From an uncultured Victivallales bacterium (GTDB lineage Bacteria > Verrucomicrobiota > Kiritimatiellia > UBA8416), in NCBI GenBank assembly GCA_964652765.1, contig CAZZBA010000001.1:1-52755 (forward strand): a DNA stretch of 52,755 nucleotides, given 5' to 3'. Under the pieces are notes generated by a model. The model did no database searches and was not told the DNA's origin. It saw only the letters and a list, made by a program, of their open reading frames with translations. How positions within the stretch are numbered: the first letter of the stretch is position 1; each line of letters begins with the position of its first letter. Of the stretch, positions 36,266-44,959 are shown in pieces. The position numbers and the translations under genes are program-made.

Positions 36266-38012
36266 ATCTCTTTCTGCCACAAAACTGGGAATTCTCAAGG
36301 CGTGCTTTGATCGCACGGAGGGTATGGTGGGTTTTGACGAGGCTATACTGCTCTACCATCTCGCGAAAGAGGTGGATAGTGGGTGTATCGTAGAAATCGG
36401 TTCCTACCGGGGTAGGTCATCGGTATTCCTGGGCAAGGGTTCACTTGATGGAGTAAATGCACCAGTCTATGCGATAGATCCGCATAGGAGCTTCATCGGT
36501 GTTCTGGGTGGAGAGTTCGGTCCAAAAGATCGTACTGCATTCTATCGAGCCATGCTCGATAACGAATGCAGCGAGATCGTCTCGCTGATTAATTCGAGCA
36601 GCGAGTGCTTATCCCCATTATGGAGCGAGCCGATTTCGCTCTTGTGGATTGACGGAGATCATAGCTACGATGGGGTAAAGAAGGATCTCAACTGTTGGTT
36701 GCCGCATTTATCCCCCAATGCCAAGATTGCGTTTGATGACGCAACTGACCCAGAGCTTGGACCCCGTAAGCTTATTGATGAACTGATTTTGTCGAAGCGA
36801 TTTGAGATCGTCATGAACGTTGGTAAAGTCGTTGTCTTGCGGGGCAATGTCAAAGGTGAATTTGATAAGATACCTGTGGCAGATGTTCATGATAGGCCAT
36901 TGTTGGATAAAGAAAAATCATTTGAATACGTCCGCTACAACAGCTACCGTTCGGAGCGATACAAACTCTTTTATGTTGCTACGCCGAAAGTTGCCTGCAC
37001 TTCCTTGAAATGGTGGTTTGCAGACTTGGAAGGGTGCTCGCAGGTTTTGCGCGGTCTTGTTGACAGCATTGAGACTGACCCGGAGCTGGTTATCCACGAC
37101 ACCTTCCACAGGGTGGCGCCAAATGTGACCCACTTGACGCCGGAAACGATCGCAGAGGTACTCGCTTCGGATTCATATTTTCGTTTCGCAGTAGTCCGCA
37201 ATCCGTACAAGCGGATATTCTCAGCGTGGCAATCGAAGTTACTCTTAAGAGAGCCCTACCAGATAAGGCCTTATCTCCACTACGATTTCTTCAATCACCC
37301 GATTATATGTGCGGATGATATCGCGTCGGCATTTGAAGGGTTTCTTGAGCATCTCGCAACCAATGAGGCACCCTCTTATTGGGATGTACACTGGACCCCG
37401 CAAGTAGACCTGCTTCGCCCCGATCTGATCAACTATTCAAAGCTGGTCAAAATCGAGAATGCGAATGAGCTTAGCCAGGCACTAGCGGTTCGGCTCGGTG
37501 GTCATATTCCGGATCCTTTTGCAGACCGACGCATAAATGAAAGTCTGATTCCGTATCTGCCCGAGTTCGTTTCGCAACGAAGTGCGGAGTTGATTCGTTT
37601 GCTGTATGCCAAGGATTTTGTGACTTTCGGATATGACGAACAACCGCCAGCGACAAAGGAAACGTACTCTACTGATCAGCTCAATCTCGCAATCAAGGCC
37701 ATTCCGCTCATTCGTGGGCGAAACCAGCGGCTGGGTGATCTTAATAAGCGCATAGTCAGCCTCAATGAAGCCATGGCTGCGCAGGCCGGCGAGATTGATC
37801 GGCAGGTCAGCGAGATTGATCGGCAGGCTGGCGAGATTGATCGGCAGGCCGGCGAGATTGCGCGGCTTGAGTTAACAATCCTTGAAAGGGATAATGAGCT
37901 TGTTTCCATTCACTTGAGCGGTTCCTGGAAAATAACCAGACCGCTAAGGCAGTTATATCGTATTCTGCAAAGAATGAAGGGTGCCCCAGATGCTGATATT
38001 GAGACTATCTAG
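36249..38012 (+). CDS. Tri-partite SAM-methyltransferase / sulfotransferase / coiled-coil protein (WbdD-like chain terminator or ruler candidate)
   Basis: ATG 36249 overlaps the end of wzt by 17 nt. Methyltransf_24-like 'GCIVEIGSYRGRSSVFL...LLWIDGDHSYDGVKKD...IAFDD'. Sulfotransfer_2-like 'FYVATPKVACTSLKWWF' (5'-PSB) and 'FAVVRNPYKRIFSAWQSK' (3'-PB). A heptad-repeat coiled coil is followed by 'SGSWKITRPLRQLYRIL'. Confidence 0.75.
   Translation: MSNYSKSLSATKLGILKACFDRTEGMVGFDEAILLYHLAKEVDSGCIVEIGSYRGRSSVFLGKGSLDGVNAPVYAIDPHRSFIGVLGGEFGPKDRTAFYRAMLDNECSEIVSLINSSSECLSPLWSEPISLLWIDGDHSYDGVKKDLNCWLPHLSPNAKIAFDDATDPELGPRKLIDELILSKRFEIVMNVGKVVVLRGNVKGEFDKIPVADVHDRPLLDKEKSFEYVRYNSYRSERYKLFYVATPKVACTSLKWWFADLEGCSQVLRGLVDSIETDPELVIHDTFHRVAPNVTHLTPETIAEVLASDSYFRFAVVRNPYKRIFSAWQSKLLLREPYQIRPYLHYDFFNHPIICADDIASAFEGFLEHLATNEAPSYWDVHWTPQVDLLRPDLINYSKLVKIENANELSQALAVRLGGHIPDPFADRRINESLIPYLPEFVSQRSAELIRLLYAKDFVTFGYDEQPPATKETYSTDQLNLAIKAIPLIRGRNQRLGDLNKRIVSLNEAMAAQAGEIDRQVSEIDRQAGEIDRQAGEIARLELTILERDNELVSIHLSGSWKITRPLRQLYRILQRMKGAPDADIETI
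37782..37865 (+). repeat. Four tandem copies of a 21-bp unit (CAGGCCGGCGAGATTGATCGG and variants) encoding the heptads QAGEIDR/QVSEIDR/QAGEIDR/QAGEIAR
   Basis: Read directly from the sequence. Units occupy 37782-37802, 37803-37823, 37824-37844 and 37845-37865, in frame within the coiled-coil segment of the 36249-38012 CDS. Confidence 0.95.
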
Positions 38013-41000
38013 GTTATATCGTTTACTCCGAAAAAGTGGGTATTTTGATGATCGGTATTACCTGTTGAGTAATCCAGAAGTTCGCAAGGCCGATATTGAT
38101 GCATTGTCGCATTATATATCCCATGGTTGGCGCGAAGGTCGCAATCCTAGTGCATTTTTTGATGTAAGCGGTTATTTGGAAAAATATCCTGATGTAAGGG
38201 ATGCAGGCATTGAACCATTGTTCCATTACCTTTGTTTCGGCATGGAAGAGGGCCGCAATTCATGCAAGGATCAAAATGAAATAGTACATGGCAAGAAGCA
38301 TTTCAAAGACGATGTACACGTTAGTGAGAAAAGAATGATTAGTGGTCGCCTATCCGGAGCAACACGAGGAACCGTTGCATATTCGCGGAAAATGCTCCAA
38401 CTGTTTTATATGGCGATCAAGAATCCCTCATTGTTGGTTTACGTATGCGAGAAGCTTAAAGCCAATGGATATAAGTCGACTATAAATGAAATTTTAGGAA
38501 TCTTGAACAAAAGTACACCTTGTCCGCGGCAAGAATATGAAAATGCCGCGAAATATTGCCTTATCGTTCAGACGATTGATGGTTATTTCAAGAAGCACAC
38601 GCGTGGTCATCCTCAAGAGCAAAACAACATTTTATTAATATCGCATGACCTCATACGCGCTGGGGCTCCTTTGCTGCTCCTCAATATTGCAAAACACCTG
38701 AGAGAAGTAGGGGAAAAGAATATTTTGATAATTAGCCTTGTTGATGGAGAGCTCCGAGGTGAATTTGAAAAATACTGCACAGTTTTGTGCCTGAATCAAA
38801 GTAACCGATGGACAATTGAGAATGCTTCACTCGTTGATTGCATATTCAGGAAGCTTTCAGATAATGGTGTCAACAAGGCAATCGGCAACACTACCGGTAG
38901 CGCATTGTTTGTCCCATATCTAGAAAAATGTGGTTTTGTCTATCAAATACTGATACATGAAATGCCGGAGACAGTTGAGTTCATGGGCTGGGACAAGACA
39001 GCAGCACTGCGCTTATCTGAGATAGCAAGCGGAAGGGCGGTCTACTCATCAGAATATGTCTTAGGAAAGCACAGGCAATTGTATGCTTTGCCGTATAATG
39101 TTGAAGTAATACCGCAGGGCATGTTCCAAGTACAGCGTAAGCAAAGAAACGCGGAATCGAGAGCCGATCTTCTGTCAAGGTACAAGCTTCCAAAAAACGC
39201 AAGACTCATATTGCATGGTGGTAAAGACCTTGTGAGAAAGGGCTTGGATCTCTTTGTCGATATTGCGTTTCATGTGTCCTCGCTCCAGAAGAACATCTAC
39301 TTTGTTTATTTGTGTGACAAATATGAGCTGACTACGCACAAAGAATTGGTAAAGAAAATCGCTGACAGTGCCAACATCATTATAGACAATTTCACGAGTG
39401 ATTATGGGTTATATCTTGAAGGCTCGGATCTTTATGCTTTAACAAGCCGCGCGGATCCATTCCCGAACACTGTGCTCGATGCTTTATCGCATGGATTGCC
39501 GGTTATTGCATTTGATGAATGTGGCGGTGCACCTGAGCTGCTTAGGCAAATAGATGATTGCCTCGTTGCAAAGAGACAGGACGTACAGGATTTTGCCCGG
39601 AAAGTATCTTTCCTTCTGGATAATCCAAGTAAATACAAGGAGATATCGGGAAAATCAATTGACATAATTCGGCGAGATTACCGCTTTGAAAAATATGTGG
39701 ACAGGTTACAGTCGTTTTTTGATGCCCACTCTTTGCATAAAGTGTCAGTAATTGTTCCTAACTATGATTTCAGCGAATTCCTGCCCGAAAGACTTCATTC
39801 CATTATCAATCAGACATTGATGCCATATGAGATAATTTTCCTTGATGATAAATCCTCTGATGACAGTTGCCTGATTGCTGAAGGCATTCTCGCTGACTCG
39901 CGCATAAAGTATAAGATCGTGAAAAACGATTCGAATCAAGGTGTCCTCAAGCAGTGGCAGAAGGGCATCGAAATGGCTGAAGGTGAGCTAGTATGGATTG
40001 CTGATGCAGCCGATTATTGCGATCGCAATCTGTTGATGACGCTGGTCCCTCGTTTTGGTGATCCCGATATTTCGCTTGCCTATTGTCACGCGCGCCTGGT
40101 CGATGCCGATGGGGTTTCGATTAATGATGATGGCGTACTCCTTCATGCTAATGATATTGATGATTTACGGTGGCGGCATTCTTTTGTCTGCAAAGGAACT
40201 CACGAGATTTATCGTGGATTCTTGTATAGAAATTTAATAAGCAACTCCGGAGTCTGTGTATTCAGAAGAAACTCATGTGCCGGAGATATGCTAGAACAGT
40301 TGAAAAATTATAAATACGTCGGAGATTGGTTTCTTTATGCAAGCTTGATGTCCTCTGGTAAAATATTCCACTCGCACAAAGTTCTCGCCAGCTTTCGCCG
40401 TCACCAAAAGGCGATTACAACCAAAAGCATGAATTCGAATGAATATGTTCGTGAAGTCATGGCGGTTATTGAAATGATGATGAAAACGCATAAGGTGTCG
40501 GAAAGGAGCTTTGAAAAAATACGGTTTCATCTAAAAAAAGATCATAATATCGAGCTAGAACAATATGGTGAAGATTTAGCCAGGCTTTTGGCGAATATGC
40601 AAGAAGTGGCAACAATTCTGTTTGTATCGACAAATCCATGTGCTCAGGAGGGCGGAGGCTCTGACGTTCTTTGGTATGAAGCAGCAAAAACATTATCGAT
40701 CCAAAACTATCCCCTGTTTTTAAATGTTTATAAGCGTTCAAACATGCCGCATAGGGTTGGTGTATTGCGAAATATCGGAGTGACTATTTCTTATTACGAG
40801 GAAACAGGGCTTAGTATATTAGACGAGATCGGTGTAGATTTAGTTATCATTATACAGGGGGATGAGAGGGAAGGCTCTGATTGGTGTGAAACATGCAAAA
40901 ACAAAAAGATTCCTTATGTTATCGTAAATCAATTAACGAGACCCGATGTTGAGATCAATTCAAATGTCAAAGAGGGTTATCTTAATGCTAGCAAGGTTTT

Positions 41001-41667
41001 TTTCACCTGCGAGAATAACCGTTTATTAATGCAGGAAAAGATCGGACGTGAGCTCGGAAATGCTGAGCGCCACTATAATCCAGTCGCCGGCATCGAGCGC
41101 GGAGCCATCATGCCATTTCCTGAAGTAATCGGCAATCGATACTATTTGGCATGTCCTGCTAGGTTAATGGTGATTCACAAAGGGCAAGATTTGCTGTTTG
41201 AGGTCCTCAAGCAAGACAAATGGAAAGATCGCCAATTGCATATTAATCTTTACGGCGACGGTCCGGATAAAGAAATGTTACAGGAAATGAAAAAGACTCG
41301 CGCTGTGGATAATGTCGTGTTTTGCGGTTACGAGCGTGATGTGTGTGAAATTTGGAAGAGGAATCATGGTATCATTATGCCCAGCCGTATGGAGGGTGTG
41401 CCGATTGTATTGCTGGGCGCTATGTTTTGTGGACGCGTCCCCATCTTGACCGATGTTGGAGGGCACCGTGAACTGGTTCAGGATGGTGTGGCGGGTTTTA
41501 TTGCAAATGCACCAACTGTGGAGGATGTCGATGCTGCCCTGGAACGTGCATGGCGGCAGAGGGCAAATTGGTCGGAGATCGGCAGGAAAGCTCGCGAGGC
41601 GGTTTTGGCTTTCCAGTCCGAGGATCCTGTGAAGGATTTTGTCGACAAGATTTTGGGACAAGTATGA
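37990..41667 (+). CDS. Multidomain glycosyltransferase (GT4-like, GT2, GT4), polymerase-like
   Basis: ATG 37990 (track start GTG 37981) overlaps the preceding stop.
- The N-terminus has two copies of an 'NPxV...HY..xGxxEGRNP'-type motif.
- GT4-like region at ~38620-39720 ('TSRADPFPNTVLDALSHGLPVIAFDECGGAPELL').
- GT2 at ~39742-40440 ('VSVIVPNYDFSEFLPERLHSIINQTLMPYEIIFLDDKSSDDS').
- C-terminal GT4 at ~41160-41660 ('MPSRMEGVPIVLLGAMFCGRVPILTDVGGHRELVQDGVAGF'). Confidence 0.8.
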   Translation: MLILRLSRLYRLLRKSGYFDDRYYLLSNPEVRKADIDALSHYISHGWREGRNPSAFFDVSGYLEKYPDVRDAGIEPLFHYLCFGMEEGRNSCKDQNEIVHGKKHFKDDVHVSEKRMISGRLSGATRGTVAYSRKMLQLFYMAIKNPSLLVYVCEKLKANGYKSTINEILGILNKSTPCPRQEYENAAKYCLIVQTIDGYFKKHTRGHPQEQNNILLISHDLIRAGAPLLLLNIAKHLREVGEKNILIISLVDGELRGEFEKYCTVLCLNQSNRWTIENASLVDCIFRKLSDNGVNKAIGNTTGSALFVPYLEKCGFVYQILIHEMPETVEFMGWDKTAALRLSEIASGRAVYSSEYVLGKHRQLYALPYNVEVIPQGMFQVQRKQRNAESRADLLSRYKLPKNARLILHGGKDLVRKGLDLFVDIAFHVSSLQKNIYFVYLCDKYELTTHKELVKKIADSANIIIDNFTSDYGLYLEGSDLYALTSRADPFPNTVLDALSHGLPVIAFDECGGAPELLRQIDDCLVAKRQDVQDFARKVSFLLDNPSKYKEISGKSIDIIRRDYRFEKYVDRLQSFFDAHSLHKVSVIVPNYDFSEFLPERLHSIINQTLMPYEIIFLDDKSSDDSCLIAEGILADSRIKYKIVKNDSNQGVLKQWQKGIEMAEGELVWIADAADYCDRNLLMTLVPRFGDPDISLAYCHARLVDADGVSINDDGVLLHANDIDDLRWRHSFVCKGTHEIYRGFLYRNLISNSGVCVFRRNSCAGDMLEQLKNYKYVGDWFLYASLMSSGKIFHSHKVLASFRRHQKAITTKSMNSNEYVREVMAVIEMMMKTHKVSERSFEKIRFHLKKDHNIELEQYGEDLARLLANMQEVATILFVSTNPCAQEGGGSDVLWYEAAKTLSIQNYPLFLNVYKRSNMPHRVGVLRNIGVTISYYEETGLSILDEIGVDLVIIIQGDEREGSDWCETCKNKKIPYVIVNQLTRPDVEINSNVKEGYLNASKVFFTCENNRLLMQEKIGRELGNAERHYNPVAGIERGAIMPFPEVIGNRYYLACPARLMVIHKGQDLLFEVLKQDKWKDRQLHINLYGDGPDKEMLQEMKKTRAVDNVVFCGYERDVCEIWKRNHGIIMPSRMEGVPIVLLGAMFCGRVPILTDVGGHRELVQDGVAGFIANAPTVEDVDAALERAWRQRANWSEIGRKAREAVLAFQSEDPVKDFVDKILGQV

Positions 41668-41790
41668 TGGGGATTTTCGAGACATTCGCATTGGATATGA
41701 GCGGTCAGGTATTAGTGGATAACCTGTTGGCATTATTGCATCAAGCAAGTTCCGGTGCATTATTGCAGGGCTGATCAGGAGCGTTGACAA

Positions 41791-42711
41791 ATGAAAATAG
41801 CAGTTTTTGGTGGTGGAGGATTTATTGGGTCAGCGGTGGTTGACCGTCTATTGAAAGATGGTCATACAATTCGGATATTTGAGCGTCCCAGGGTAGTCCC
41901 GTACCGGCGTTTCTCTGCGACCGAAGGCGTGGAATGGGTTACCGGTGATTTGATGAGCAATCATGACGTGGCTCATGTTCTTGATGGCATCGACATTGTC
42001 GTTCACCTTGTGTCAACAACGTTGCCGGGAAGCTCTAATGATGACCCCGTATATGATGTTCAGACTAATGTTGTGTCAACGATTCAAATGCTACAGGCAA
42101 TGGTGGCAAGGAAAGTGGGGAAAATCGTTTTCATATCTTCCGGCGGCACCATATATGGGAAGCCGGTTGCATTGCCTATCAACGAGGATCATCCCACAAA
42201 TCCACTCGTTTCCTATGGCATAACCAAGCTTGCGGTTGAGAAATACATTTTGATGTTTCAGCACCTTTATGGGATCAAGGCTCGCATATTGAGAGTGGCC
42301 AATCCGTATGGTGTGCGGCAGCGAGTGGATACAGGGCAGGGCGTGGTCACGGCTTTTGTCAGCAAGGCGTTGAGGGACGAGTCGATTGAAGTGTGGGGTG
42401 ATGGGCGTGTTGTCAGGGATTACCTTTACATTGACGACCTTGCCGAGGCTTTTGCTCGTGCAGTATATTACGATGGTTCACATTCCGTCTTTAATATCGG
42501 TTCAGGAGTGGGGACGGACATCAATTCCCTGCTGGACGCGATTGAAAGCGTTCTTGAGCGGCCCGTTTCGCGACATTACAAGCCCGGCCGGGCCTTTGAT
42601 GTGCCTTCCAATGTACTTGATATAACACGTGCTGGCAAAGAGCTTGACTGGCAACCGGGAGTGCCGCTCCTGCAAGGTATGGAAATCATGCTTAAAAGGC
42701 GAACGTCGTGA
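41791..42711 (+). CDS. NAD-dependent sugar-nucleotide epimerase/dehydratase (extended SDR, GalE-like)
   Basis: 'MKIAVFGGGGFIGSAVV' (GxxGxxG) and catalytic 'YGITKLAVE' (YxxxK). AGGAG lies 9 nt upstream. Confidence 0.9.
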   Translation: MKIAVFGGGGFIGSAVVDRLLKDGHTIRIFERPRVVPYRRFSATEGVEWVTGDLMSNHDVAHVLDGIDIVVHLVSTTLPGSSNDDPVYDVQTNVVSTIQMLQAMVARKVGKIVFISSGGTIYGKPVALPINEDHPTNPLVSYGITKLAVEKYILMFQHLYGIKARILRVANPYGVRQRVDTGQGVVTAFVSKALRDESIEVWGDGRVVRDYLYIDDLAEAFARAVYYDGSHSVFNIGSGVGTDINSLLDAIESVLERPVSRHYKPGRAFDVPSNVLDITRAGKELDWQPGVPLLQGMEIMLKRRTS

Positions 42712-42724
42712 CGGTGGGAGTTGT

Positions 42725-44938
42725 GTGAAAAAACACAAACTTATAACAATTATCCCCCCCCTTCTGATCCTTTGCTGGCTTCTGTATTTGGGAGTCATGA
42801 TTTGGTGGCGCGCCCATATTAGTGTACAGCCACCGATTTATGATCCTCTCTCTTATATGCAAAAAGCTATTAATTTCTGGGATGCATTGTCGAATGGGCA
42901 GTTATTTAATCCCTTCAATCTTCAACCTACCGTGCGGCCTCCCGGTACTATTTTGATGTCATACCCTTTCGGATTCACCCATGATTTCAGAGGGTACCAT
43001 TTTCGCTCGGTGTTTCTACCAATACTTTGTATTGTGGGGGCTGTTTACATTGTTGCCGGCGCTCATGCTTGCTGTAAAAAGGGCAACGAATGGTGGACGG
43101 CTGCCATCGCTCTATTATTCTCATCACTCCCCATGTATTATCATTTTGATTGGTTTCAGGATCCGGTAAGCCCGACTCGCTGGGGCCTTGTAGATAATTT
43201 TCATGCCGGTGTCGCCGCATTGGCTATGGCGGCATTTCTTCGAAGCGTCTTCGCAAAATCATTGAAGTGGTTGTTTTTGGCGGTTTTGCTTTCTTCCTTT
43301 ACTCTTATAATCAAGCCCTCCGGTATCGCGGTTATGGGGCTGGCATCAATGGCATGGGTAATTGTTATTATGTTTGAATGGATTCACCTTTTTAAGAGCA
43401 AATCCCCCAAGCGAGATGTGCAAAAATATTTTATATTTGGTAGCATCATTACAGGTATAACATATTGTATAACTATAACTATTTGCGTTCTATCTCAATA
43501 TTTATCTAAGCATAATATTTCTTATGCACATGAAGCTTTGGCGGTAATGCGAAAAGTACTACTCTTTAGCTGCTATGAGCTGTTCCAGATGTTTTACAAG
43601 AGTGCAGGGCCCGCTTTGCTGTTATGGATTACCTTGGTGTTCATTCTGCTATATCGCCGCCTTCCAAGTGGCGAACCACAGGCTTGTAGGCATAGGGCTC
43701 AGGCCTCGGGTTTGCTGATCGGTAGCGCGGTTATTTGGACCGCAGGTTTATGGTACATGATCGTTGTACAAGCCGGTGGCAGTAGTCAGATAAGATATTT
43801 TTATCCTTTTATGCTCATGGGGGCGATTTGCGTTACCCCTGTCGCTTTTATGGCATGGGATCAAACAAGTCGTTTGTTGCGTTTGTGGTTGGTGGTCTTG
43901 TGCGGACTGCCAGCTTTAAATATAAGTGCTCTTCTGGCAACTGGAAATACGCCACCAATGTCCTGGCAGAGAATGTCCGGTGTTAATGTAAGCGTCGGGC
44001 AGGATCGCAAGATTGTTGAACAAGCGCAGGCGTTCCTCCAGAATGTCCAGAGCAATGGAGAGAACGTTCAGGTTTATTCATTTAACAGCAGGTTGCCGTC
44101 GCAAATATTTGAAAGCGTCGGTATGTATGAGGAATATGCTCGCACTGGTCTGCCAACTTTTACAACTAAAATACCGACTGATTGGGTCAACGGGTTCGTG
44201 GTGCGCACGGGGGAAATATTAGAAAGCGATTATATTCTGATTAATAGATATCCCGACTATAGTTATGATCCGCAACATATGTTAGGCCAGCATTATGATG
44301 CATATGAATCTGAAGTTAGGGCTTTTGAAATTTGGGCCTCACACTTGGAACGAGACGCGGGTGTCGAAACCGTTTCTGACAGCAATGATTTGCGGCTATT
44401 GAAGATTGCCGACCGAAAGGCATTTAACCAAGCTATTGAGAAGTTTGTCGCGGCCAACACTTGGCGTCCGGAATTCTCGGCAGCCAACCCACCCACCTGG
44501 TGGAGCCCGGATGCTGTTTTAGCTTATGCAAAGATGCCAGCTTTGACTGAAATTAACTTTGATGACATCTTCAAGATTCATGCGCTTTCAATCAGCCGCG
44601 TTCCCTCCGGATTAAAGGTTGAAGTCTGGTGGCAGGAACTGCGTCAGAATGCAGTAAAGAATAAATCGCTGATTTTCCTTCATATGCTTGATGTGGATGG
44701 CAATTGCATTGTTTTGTCGCAAATATTGCTATGCTCGTCTCAGCCTTTGTGCGATGAACGTCCACTCCGCTATGGTCAGGCTATGCTTCCTCTTTCCCCA
44801 CTGGCGCATGCGCTGGCGTTTGGTGTTTGTGAACCGGGAGGTGCGTTTCTTCTTCCGGACAAAGGCATGACGGACTGGGGTGGGCGGCGTGTGGTGATTC
44901 CTCTTGCAGGTCCTGCAACAGGTACTAAACATGATTAG
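42725..44938 (+). CDS. Polytopic membrane protein, GT-C-like (ArnT/PMT-type) glycosyltransferase candidate with a C-terminal beta-rich soluble domain
   Basis: GTG 42725 follows GGTGGGAG. There are about 11-13 TM helices in the first ~430 aa. The first extracytoplasmic loop contains 'PPIYDPLSYMQKA', an acidic-residue loop as in GT-C enzymes. The C-terminal ~330 aa are soluble. The fold assignment is tentative. Confidence 0.45.
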   Translation: MKKHKLITIIPPLLILCWLLYLGVMIWWRAHISVQPPIYDPLSYMQKAINFWDALSNGQLFNPFNLQPTVRPPGTILMSYPFGFTHDFRGYHFRSVFLPILCIVGAVYIVAGAHACCKKGNEWWTAAIALLFSSLPMYYHFDWFQDPVSPTRWGLVDNFHAGVAALAMAAFLRSVFAKSLKWLFLAVLLSSFTLIIKPSGIAVMGLASMAWVIVIMFEWIHLFKSKSPKRDVQKYFIFGSIITGITYCITITICVLSQYLSKHNISYAHEALAVMRKVLLFSCYELFQMFYKSAGPALLLWITLVFILLYRRLPSGEPQACRHRAQASGLLIGSAVIWTAGLWYMIVVQAGGSSQIRYFYPFMLMGAICVTPVAFMAWDQTSRLLRLWLVVLCGLPALNISALLATGNTPPMSWQRMSGVNVSVGQDRKIVEQAQAFLQNVQSNGENVQVYSFNSRLPSQIFESVGMYEEYARTGLPTFTTKIPTDWVNGFVVRTGEILESDYILINRYPDYSYDPQHMLGQHYDAYESEVRAFEIWASHLERDAGVETVSDSNDLRLLKIADRKAFNQAIEKFVAANTWRPEFSAANPPTWWSPDAVLAYAKMPALTEINFDDIFKIHALSISRVPSGLKVEVWWQELRQNAVKNKSLIFLHMLDVDGNCIVLSQILLCSSQPLCDERPLRYGQAMLPLSPLAHALAFGVCEPGGAFLLPDKGMTDWGGRRVVIPLAGPATGTKHD

Positions 44939-44959
44939 AGAATTATGGGGGGTATTTGA

